A DNA stretch of 63,520 nt, the filler included, from Hausera hauseri (taxonomy: Eukaryota): NCBI GenBank assembly GCA_046269625.1. It is 12 parts of 12 records of this genome, joined end to end, with 100 filler letters (N's around TTAATTAATTAA, not from the genome) between each part and the next. Parts side by side here need not be neighbours in the genome. Positions count along the whole stretch, not along the records: positions 37,580 to 42,221 come from JBJURY010492020.1; positions 42,322 to 48,446 come from JBJURY010137538.1; positions 48,547 to 54,447 come from JBJURY010171639.1; 9 more parts are not named here. The stretch is one strand, 5' to 3'. The position numbers were made by a program, and so were the translations under genes. Numbering within the stretch: the stretch's first letter is position 1; every line of letters begins with the position of its first letter. Below, one piece after another: positions 39,296-48,699 of the stretch. Below the pieces are notes generated by a model. It ran no database searches. It was not told the DNA's origin and was given only the letters and a program-made list of their open reading frames with translations.

Positions 39296-40017
39296 ATGAG
39301 TTCAGATAATTCAAGCTTGTTTTTTGATATTGAAAATGATTACACAAAAAGCGATGACAAAGAGGAATTACCGTCATTTTTAATCACCCCAACTAAGAAA
39401 CAATTTGTGAAGAGAATTTTTGAACAGTCACTCCATTTTAAATGCAATTTTATATCGAAATTTACTCATTGCGACAATACTAGGGATTCATGAAACTATT
39501 ATGGCAATTTTCGTAAATTTATTTACTTGCTACGCCGTTCAGTTTCATTACTGTAACATTCAAATTTAAAATGCATAAAACTTCATAATGCAAATTCCTG
39601 CCAACCTATGTCAATTAAAATTGAATTATTGAAACAATATAGATAATTCAATTCATCAACTTTCGTCTATTTAGTACATCAATAACACACAAGACAATTA
39701 TGACTATCAGCAGATTTGGTATTGATTTAGTGTTATCAATTGTATTAACGATACAATAGCAAATGGAAACAACCAATGAAATAATGCTCATTATTACCAA
39801 CAGTAACACATTTCTATGGATCTCATGTGCGTTCTTCTATATTATACGAAAATACGGAGTTTTTTGTGTTATCATAATATCAGTGTTGTTTACTTATGGA
39901 TATTGTAATTTAGGATTCAAGGATATATCATCGGTGGATTGTCACTAATTGCATTGTTGTTTTACGTTTTCATCGGTTGGCTCAGTGGAAAACTGTGTGA
40001 AGAACGACGAAAGAAAG
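39296..40017 (+). pseudogene. Possible decayed multi-pass membrane protein gene
   Basis: Hydrophobic stretches in shifting frames (FLWISCAFFYII, VFCVIIISVLF, GYIIGGLSLIALLFYVFIGWL) ending at a GTAA donor; family not recognised. Confidence 0.25.
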
Positions 40018-41230
40018 GTAACCGAATTTCTTTATGGTAAATATTAACAACATATTTTTACCAGCTCATCAATTTCCATTACCATCGATTTACAATTTTA
40101 AATTGCAAGACGATAATGCTGGTTAGTATCATAATATACCTTTATAGATTTAACAAATTAAATTTTTATGACCACTGAAGATTCAATTTAGACGTTGGGA
40201 ATATTATCACATAAAATGTAGATCTAAACCGAGTAATTTACAATACAGATCAAAACAAACGTTAAGAAACATTTTATATTTCAGTAACAAATGGCGATGA
40301 AACGGCCATTTAGGTGCCGTGGTGAAGGGTATGTTCTTGAATACATTTTGAGCACGTCCCAATTTTGGATTCCAAAATAATGAGAATGCTGTGATTTGTC
40401 TTATACATATCAAAGACATAATAAAAGCATAATTATTTGATGCACAACATCCACACATTCAGCATATACAATATTTGGTATATAGGATGAAATTTTCATT
40501 TCTAATTTTGTTGCATGTGTTACTTATAGTATACTCGGCAGAGAAGCAAAATTAAGATATTTACTATATAAAGTTCACTTTTTATACACAATCAATTTTT
40601 GTCCGAAAATTTTTGTCCAATATTGTAGTATCGATCTAACAACTAGGTTTAATTTTATTACGAACCTCATGGTTTGAAAAATGTGTTTAAATTGCAGAAT
40701 GGACAATCAGTTTAATGTGAAATGATTCTGTTGTACATAAACCTATGAAATAAAATTTGTAAGAATAAACATTTATGAAAAATTACATTTCCTTTCTTGA
40801 CCCAGTTTGAAAATATTCTGGACGCCTCTTTTGATGTTTCTTCAGGATATTAAAATATCAAAACACTTACGACTTTGTTTCAAAATTAATAATTTCTTTT
40901 GTCGAAAAATACCAACCTGCCAAATTCTGCTAATTCTACATCATGAATATTTAAAATATTATTGTGTATTATATACATTTTGCAGTTAAAATAAAACTTA
41001 CTTTGCAGAATGAATGTACGATTTTGTGTTTTATGACACATCTATAAATGTAAAATTGTAAGAACCCTCACGAATTAACCAAAGTTTTTACGTATTTTGC
41101 TAACTCTAATATATTTAATTTTTGTTTTTATAATCTCTTGGCAGATTATTACAAAAATTTGAAAATTTTATTCGATTAACACTGACTTATTGAAAAAGTA
41201 CGTGTTGACTTTTTATTACATTTTATTAAT

Positions 41231-41295
41231 TCAAATGATGATTCGGAAGTGCCGTCTGAACGGAATCATGTAGCTACTCTTCTAAATCTGATATA
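41231..41295 (+). ncRNA. Box C/D snoRNA, SNORD49-like
   Basis: Box C ATGATGA at 41235, guide GGAAGTGCCG before D' CTGA at 41256, box D CTGA at 41288. The guide matches the U49 element as I recall it (LSU rRNA CGGCUCUUCC, one mismatch). Confidence 0.75.
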
Positions 41296-41457
41296 TGTTA
41301 TTCCACAGAATCTTTTCTTGAATTTTAATCGAAGTTCTTAATAAAATTTCATTTTTACAGAATGAGATGATACGCAAATAGAGATGAAATTGAAGATCTG
41401 AATAAATGCTATTCCAAAAAGTAAGTTTTCACATTTTATTTAAAACATTTTGCATGT

Positions 41458-41518
41458 TCATTGTGATGATTTACAACCGCCCCAGTCTGAGTTCTGTTGA
41501 GAGGTTAATCTGATGTAA
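41458..41518 (+). ncRNA. Box C/D snoRNA, SNORD31/snR67-like, copy 1
   Basis: Box C GTGATGA at 41463; guide ACCGCCCCAGT complementary to conserved LSU rRNA ACUGGGGCGGU; D' CTGA at 41487; D CTGA at 41510. Confidence 0.9.
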
Positions 41519-41682
41519 AATGACAAACAAAATGTTTTTGTTTATTTGTACGAATTTAGTTTGTTTGTAGTTTTAGAAATGAAAATTGCTTTTGTCCACC
41601 AAAGTGGTGACAATGAATATTGATTGTTTGTTATCGTGAAATGTGAGTTTTTGTCATGCTTCTTTTAAACTATTTGTCAAAT

Positions 41683-41743
41683 TCATGGTGATGATTTACA
41701 ACCGCCCCAGTCTGAGTTCTGTTGAGAGGTTAATCTGATGTTA
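41683..41743 (+). ncRNA. Box C/D snoRNA, SNORD31/snR67-like, copy 2
   Basis: Core 41688-41738 is identical to copy 1; flanking ATTTGTCA..TGACAAAT external stem. Confidence 0.9.
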
Positions 41744-41892
41744 ATGACAAATATTTTCCTATAAAAAAATTTCTGATTTAATTTTACATTAAATTTAGAA
41801 AAGAAATCTCGACGAAAATTCGATGGGCACAAAAATTGTGCAGGAAAAATGGTGAGTTTGAATAAGAAAATTAATTTTGAATGATGTTCGTT

Positions 41893-41955
41893 TTGAATGA
41901 TGATTCGTAGGAATCTCTATGAAAACTGATTTCATTTTTATTATTTGCTGAGTGT
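41893..41955 (+). ncRNA. Box C/D snoRNA, SNORD79-like
   Basis: Box C ATGATGA at 41897; guide GTAGGAATCTC complementary to LSU rRNA GAGAUUCC(C/U)AC; D' ATGA at 41919; D CTGA at 41948. Confidence 0.7.
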
Positions 41956-42321
41956 TATGTTGTATTTTAATAATGCATTAGTTTATTTTTTTGTAATTTT
42001 ATGTGGAATTTTATTTAGACTTTGCAGAATAGCGAATGGACGAATTGAAATAATGAAATCCCAGAATTTGAAATTTACTAGAAGGTTCTTTGGTATTTAA
42101 ATCGCAAGATGTGTTGTAAACGGCATGTACTAATATAATACAAATAAACACGCTCTGCAGCTTTCTCTTTTGATTTTGCGCTTGTTTTTTAATCGGTTAA
42201 TATTTTGTCCGCATTATCTAANNNNNNNNNNNNNNNNNNNNNNNNNNNNNNNNNNNNNNNNNNNNTTAATTAATTAANNNNNNNNNNNNNNNNNNNNNNN
42301 NNNNNNNNNNNNNNNNNNNNN

Positions 42322-43066
42322 TGTGTTTAACTACGGAGCACCACGAATACTATTTACCGATCAAGCATCTAATCTAACCGGGAACGTAATGCAAGCAATA
42401 TACGATATCATGAGAATATTAAAATTACTATCTACACAGGACATTCAGAGAATAACGGAATGGTTGAGAGATATATTGGAGATTTAAAAGGGAAACTGCA
42501 AACAGTAGTAAACACTAGACAAGATGATTGGGATGAATACATCAATGCATGTGATTTTGTGAATCGAACGTCAGTACACAAGGCTACTAAAGAAACCCCC
42601 TTCTATCTGATGTACTTACGAGACGCAAAGCTACCCATCGATTTAGACTTTAATGTAAAACCCACATCGCATCTGATGGAAGTAGAAGAGTACAAGCAAC
42701 TAGCAAGAACGTCTTCAGCTGGCATATAAAGTAATAGAAAGTAACCAGAAGGATTATAAGGCGAAGTATAAAAAGTATTACGACGAGAAGACCAAACAAT
42801 CAAAAATCAAAGTAAAAGATAAAATGATGCTATACACTCCACTAAGTAAGAAAGGTAAAACATCAAAGTTGGATAGACCTTATAAGGGACCATACGAAGT
42901 GGAAAAGGTGGATTTACCTAATATCTGTCTAGAGAAAAATAATACCTCTCTTAAGGTCCATGTCAATAGATGCAAACCGGCAGCTAAAGAAAGTAAACTT
43001 AGAAGAGATGAACAAGATATAGTAAGAAGTATTAATGAGAAAGTAGTAGAAACAAAACAAACATGA
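42322..43066 (+). mobile_element. Ty3/Gypsy integrase core and C-terminus (decayed)
   Basis: YGAPRILFTDQASN..GMVER..DWDEYI..RTSVHKATKETPFYLMY..KLDRPYKGPYEV..VHVNRCKP (GPY/F module). Confidence 0.92.
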
Positions 43067-44441
43067 GACTTTTACGGAGTAAAGAAATATTTTGTCATAA
43101 TTATCCTTATGCTTATTCCCCAAGCTCTAAGTCAGATGACAAAGTAAGAAATAGAGCGAGCAAAACTTCGACCTGCAATAGCTACAAACGAAGACTTACT
43201 ATTAAAGGGTTTACGATATCGAGTAACATATTCCAGTAAAGGCAAAAAATGTATTACATGGCATACACTAAAACGTATGACTTCTGACTATATGATAGGA
43301 ATCCAGTTAATACCTTCTGACGACTATCGGAGGAATCCTAATGAACGACAGTATACCTGTATACTCCCTCCGTAGATGAACAAAACGCAACGTGTTGTGG
43401 AAGATTCAGGAATCCATTATGCATATTTCACACTTATAAAGAAGAAAAGAAAGTACTATCGAAGTCAAATCACTAAATTTGCAAGAATTGTAAAAGTTCC
43501 CACTAGACACGAAATGAATGAAACATTTTTAGATGAAATAATAATAACCCACTTATCGGCTAGGTCAATCGGATTTAAAAGCGGAAGAAGTCGAATCGAA
43601 GTAAAGAGCATGATAAAATTGGAATATATGCGATGGATAACCATATTCATAAAAGAGACGAATGCTAAAAAGAATATAGTAAAAAGATATAGAATAACCA
43701 ATGAACAGCCAAAAGTTTGTTATAACGTTACAAGAGGTAGAATATATGAATTGAACTATAAGATTTCTCAAAAAGAATATGGTAAGTTTCTAGGTAGTAT
43801 AAAGAGGAAAGGTCCAATAATGTACGTACGATATCAAAATCGAATCGAACACGAGGAAAAAGAATGATCAAAAAGAGATGACTATCTTAATTAGACCATA
43901 CGTATCATATTACCGACAAAAGCGCTCAATATGGGAAAACACAACGATCACAGCGGCGCCGACCGCACTAATAATATCGCTAAAACCAGATCTTGATTTT
44001 TCAAAAGTAAAATTTACATGTAGGATACGAAATATAGTAATGGCAAAAGGAACCATAACACCAGATGATTTAATAGTGCCGTGCGCGGCATTTACCCCAA
44101 ATACTAGATTTACGATTATCTTACAGTTATTTGATGACGCTAATAAGATAGTTTCTACAAAGATCTTAATAGCTCAAACGAAAAGTGAAGTAGAGATAAA
44201 ACTTCCATTTAAGAAAGCAACCTTTGGCCAATTGATAACCATAATACCTCCATGTACAGGATATACACACTCACGGTTAGAGATAATAATATTATGCACA
44301 ACAATCCCAGTAGCACTAATAATCATGACGGCATTAGTAGTAAAACTGACTTGTTACCTACGAAAACGTCGCAGGACGAACTGGATAAGAATAGATCTGC
44401 GACGTATACCACATGCTTTGGATGTAGATAGTCCAAGCTGA
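43067..44441 (+). pseudogene. Env-like type I membrane protein: signal-like segment, basic ectodomain, RQKR furin site, FN3-like domain, TM, basic tail
   Basis: KKYFVIIILMLIPQALS is in frame with integrase after one TGA. RQKR at 43914-43925; AAFTPNTRFTIILQ resembles the FN3 LxPxTxYxIxV strand; TM IIILCTTIPVALIIMTALVV is followed by RKRRR. Confidence 0.7.
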
Positions 44442-44614
44442 CAATTACTGATAAGGATTACGACTATCGTAACCAAAGTAAGAGAGATAACGACTAACCC
44501 CGTTACCTTGTTAAATTATATACTAAAAGACAAACGATTGCATACATAAATTTGACAACCGTTATCTTATTTATTAGTTTTGTATTGACTATCATTCACA
44601 CTCTGTCTTTACAG

Positions 44615-45501
44615 TACCCAACCAGATTCAATCAATCAAACGATCAAAACATTGGTTCGGCAATGCTCTGAAACATTTGATGAACGCAAACCAAGCTAAC
44701 CAGTACTATACAATACTAAACGACAACACTTTCTCGCTGAATTATCCGCAAGTGCAGCAAATTCCGAACAACTTAAAGGGTTATAATATGGTTCACCTCA
44801 CAAAAGCCACTTCCTTCTTTCTAAAGGACTTGATAATTATGCCAGACAATTACCAGAGTGTTCAAATTTACACTATAGCTGAAAAATTTCAGATAAAAAC
44901 GAAGATAACTGGCGATCTCATAAATCTAGATCAGTGTTACGGAATATCCATCGATTTTCTTTTTGCAATTAAAAATGCCGTAAAAATCAAGTCCCTCTCC
45001 AGCCGAATTATGCTTGGCGTTGAAGTCATCAAAACCAAAAAACCATGGCCAACAAATCCCGCATGTAATTGTTTCAATCTCCCCGAAGTTAACTATCTCA
45101 ACATGAAAGAAAAATCCTATTGTCGAATCGCTAAAGTTGACCCCGACAACTGTATAATAGTGGTCGTTAACTTGGCATACGACTAATATAACCAAATGCA
45201 GCCAATTGAATGCTCAGTCGTGAAACCCAATGGAGATCCAGTTTTCTATACATTAATAATACCTCGACAAAGGATAAATAATTACGACACCCATGTAACC
45301 GGATTAACAGAATTATAAATAGCCAACCAGATGAACGTCCAACAGTTTTACGCCAAAATTTGGGAAATCCTTTCAGACAAGATGGTCATCGGGGCGGATG
45401 TAATCAACACAATTTCTACTTATTTGAAATGTCCACTACGGAGAATCGTAGGAATTCGTGATATTTTATCAATGAGAAGACGGCTCCCGAAAAGGTGTTA
45501 A
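44615..45501 (+). pseudogene. Accessory ORF with a third pseudo-DEDDh exonuclease domain (45154-45465)
   Basis: Read through two TAA stops: IIVVVNLAYD*YNQMQPIECSVVKPNGDPVFYTLIIPRQRINNYDTHVTGLTEL*IAN..IWEILSDKMVIG..IVGIRDI. Confidence 0.75.
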
Positions 45502-45952
45502 AAGCATCGCCTACAACATTTAACAAAAAGAGAAGGTTAAACATGGATGAGGAAGTTTTAATAGATGGCGAGATTTATACAATGGACGCCACTCGTTATA
45601 AGGTTCCATCTGGAAAGACAGTCTTCCTCCCGTCACAGTCGTAAAAATGAGGACAATTTCTTCAATCTCCCATCAGTTTATTGAGTGGACTATGTACAAA
45701 ATTTACATTAGTAATGTCATGGACCGATTAGTTATATTATTTATGATTTATCGAGTGAACTATGTACATTAATGATGTTATGAACCGACTATTTGCATTA
45801 TTTATGCATGATTAATATTATTCTTGTCTTTGGGTTATTTCGACTAATGAAGAAATTCTTAATTGAGATTTACATGTATCATATGATCGTTCTTTGATTG
45901 TACAGCGAATTTTTATTTACATTTGAGGCATTATTGACAGTTGTTGAACTCC

Positions 45953-46429
45953 AAAAGGGGAATATAAATACTGTGTCAATTTTTGAACAAGGAGTGAAGA
46001 AAGATAAAATGATTGTATTTAAACCTGCAATTGCCATTCTTTATTTAATGTCGAATTGTAAGTTCTTTATTGTAATTACATATCCTATATTGATAAACCT
46101 GTGTTGTTTTTATTTATAAGCTGAAATCGAGTTATTTACATTAGTAAGCGCCTTCAATAACTGGCACTGATCCCGACACACGGTCGGTACGACGCACCCG
46201 CAAAGTAATTAAGTAAGGGGTACTTTGAGTAAACCTTAAGAATCATTGTTAAAGCCCCACAGGCCTCTGCCCCCGACATATTACCTATAGGTTAGGCATA
46301 GGTAAGGTTGATCATCTCGATCCGACACGTAACAATTACACACGAACACGCAACCACCTTGTTCATTGCCTTCACTGGTTCTCACGTAAATAAAAGTCTC
46401 TCCCAATCTGAATTAATGCGGACTGAACA
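45953..46429 (+). mobile_element. Putative PPT (AAAAGGGGAA) and LTR region ending ..GAACA
   Basis: Purine run at 45953-45962, AATAAA at ~46389, CA at 46428-46429 just before the PBS. It could instead be two abutting LTRs, the second starting TGTT at 46247. Confidence 0.55.
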
Positions 46430-46431
46430 AT

Positions 46432-46447
46432 TGGTGCCGTGACTCGG
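46432..46447 (+). promoter_or_regulatory. Primer-binding site complementary to the tRNA-His 3' end
   Basis: TGGTGCCGTGACTCGG is the reverse complement of CCGAGUCACGGCACCA; it lies 2 nt after the LTR-terminal CA and upstream of gag. Confidence 0.85.
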
Positions 46448-46597
46448 GAATTTATAGATAGACCTTTAGATAAGAAGAAACAGCTAAGCTTCCAAAATTA
46501 CGACTAGAAAGAGTAGGAGTATCAAGAAAACAATATTTCAGAAGAAGATAACTAACCATACGGCCTGGAATATTTGCAAAACCTAAGCAAAGAAGAA

Positions 46598-48446
46598 ATG
46601 GCTAATTATAATGTAAAACAGGTGATCCAATCGAATGTGGATTATACTCTCCCTATGAAGAAATTTTCAGGAAAGGAGGATGTATAGGACTTCGTTATGG
46701 AGTACGAGATATATTTGAAAAGCTTCGGCTGGAATGACCAGCAAAGGATCTATAGGTTACCCTTACATTTGAAAGGGACGGCACTAACGATCTATTTCCA
46801 AATGCCAGAAGAAGATAAAAAGGATTGGAAAACTCTTAAAGAAAAATTGCCTCAGAAGTTTTTAGTAGATCCCTCTGGAAAGGGGAGAATCGAAAAATTT
46901 ATAAGAAGGAGGCAACGTAAAGATGAGACGGTCCAAGACTTTGTCTGTGCATTGGAAAAGTTAGCAGCAAGGGCCTACTCTGATGCAGTAACGAGGAATA
47001 ACGCATTATTGGCCAAATTTCAATATGGATTGGAGGGAAAATTAAGAGCGATAATATCGCAGGCTGATCTAGCTACATTTCAAGAGGCCATAAGAAAGGC
47101 ATGTAAAGCAGAACGGGACGAAGAATTGTACATGTGAAATAAACCCAAAAGATATAACGGATACGACGACAAACGAAAAAACGGTAATACACAAAAATGC
47201 GAAAGACACAATAGGAATAGAAGTCTTTCACAAACATCAGCTACAGAAGCCGAGTCGGATGTTGAAAAGAAAGTATGATTCAAGTTGAAGAATGATGGAG
47301 AAAAATCAAATTACAAGAAGAAACAATCCACAAAAGATCGACGATCTTTACCAAATAAAAATTCTGCAGGTAAATTAAAATGTTTTAATTGTAACAAGTA
47401 TGGTCACATATCCAAGTCATGTAGATCACGAAAAAGGGGGTCATCACCAGAAGATAAAAAGAAAAATAAAAAATTATATACCAGCTACATCAGATGAATC
47501 ATCAGATAAGGAATATGAAACCGAAGATAGTATCAGTGAACATGAGAATAATAAGAGATAGAAAGAAAGAAAATGTTAACTATGTCAATGACATACTATC
47601 TCAACGTATGAAAACGCAGTTGGCAATGGAATTGAAGGATTATAAAACGCAACAAAATAGATTAAAGGAAAATGGTACCTATATGGTAGAAGAAAAAGGA
47701 AAAGAGTCCTCTCCAAGGAAGAAAGAAAGACAATAAAATGATAATTGAAGGCGAACCAAGAGAGGCATCAGTTGAAAAGAATGATGTAGAAAAGGAAAAG
47801 AAAAAGGGACGAAAGAAAAGCAATCCTGGTACGTCTTCGTCAGAAGAAGATGAAACAAAACCTCCGCCAAAAAAGATATTCGATGAAGCAATATTATAGT
47901 CAGTGATGAAAGACGGAAAAGTAGACTTAGACGCAGAGGACGACATCATCCAAGCTGTTGTTGCCATCGATCCAGAAAACATAATCGACGTGAATACGGC
48001 AACTACTACAACATTTAAATTAGTCAGTAATAAGTTATCCACGGAGAAGATAAATTAGATTTTGTTCCAATTATTGTTACTTGCTCATGATGCAAGCCCC
48101 ATGAGGGAAATTGCCCAAACAGTATTAGCTAAAGCAGCCGAAGATGAAAAAGGAAAACTTGAAACCATAAGGATAACGATAAAAGATGGAAATCAAGACA
48201 CGAGAGTAATTAGAATGAACGAAATGGAAGACATACAAGCCTTAATGGAAAAGATAGAAGAATTAGAACCATCTTATAAAGATAAACTATATGGACTGCT
48301 GCTTCGGTATTGATACAGCTGAAAGAAGAAGAAATTCACAGTGCATTGAATGAAGCACAAAACTTGTTCGTTACAAATGACGATCTTGAGTATGTTGCAC
48401 CAGAGATATTGTTGGAAGTGATACGAAACAGATTGATTAATATCAG
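46598..48446 (+). mobile_element. Ty3/Gypsy gag (capsid plus CCHC knuckle) with a long charged/helical extension, decayed
   Basis: KKFSGKED..LPLHLKGTA..RRQRKDETVQDF..KFQYGL; CFNCNKYGHISKSC at ~47381-47422; no protease motif before the contig end. Confidence 0.88.
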
Positions 48447-48585
48447 NNNNNNNNNNNNNNNNNNNNNNNNNNNNNNNNNNNNNNNNNNNNTTAATTAATT
48501 AANNNNNNNNNNNNNNNNNNNNNNNNNNNNNNNNNNNNNNNNNNNNAAGAAAATGGCGATTTTGGCAAGTGCGAAGAAAAAAAAT

Positions 48586-48658
48586 TGGATCACCTGGGTA
48601 TCGATCCCAGTACCTCCTGCATGCTAAGCAGGCGCTCTACCATCTGAGCTAGTGACCC
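48586..48658 (-). tRNA. tRNA-Ala(AGC)
   Basis: GGGTCACTAGCTCAGATGGTAGAGCGCCTGCTTAGCATGCAGGAGGTACTGGGATCGATACCCAGGTGATCCA: 73-nt full cloverleaf, G3:U70 pair, AGC anticodon, eukaryotic Ala-type T-loop, and a T8 terminator downstream. Confidence 0.96.
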
Positions 48659-48699
48659 TCGAAAATTTACTCATTTTTTCACACATATTATGTATTGCT

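Larger units (their letters stand above)
41145..42165 (+). ncRNA. Non-coding snoRNA host gene (UHG/GAS5-like organisation); exons ~41145-41197, 41361-41420, 41577-41642, 41799-41851, 42019-~42165
   Basis: Donors GTACGT 41198, GTAAGT 41421, GTGAGT 41643 and GTGAGT 41852; one C/D snoRNA per intron; exon 41361-41420 has stops in all three frames; AATAAA at 42143. Confidence 0.8.

Noticed and set aside
40122-40147. Ultra-short 26-27-nt introns (also 41334-41360) as a taxonomic clue
   Set aside because: No reliable reading frame supports the first, and the second is better explained as the 3' part of the snoRNA intron.
43063-43066. ATGA stop-start coupling of integrase and env
   Set aside because: The ATG frame is short and lacks the hydrophobic segment, which lies in the integrase frame instead.
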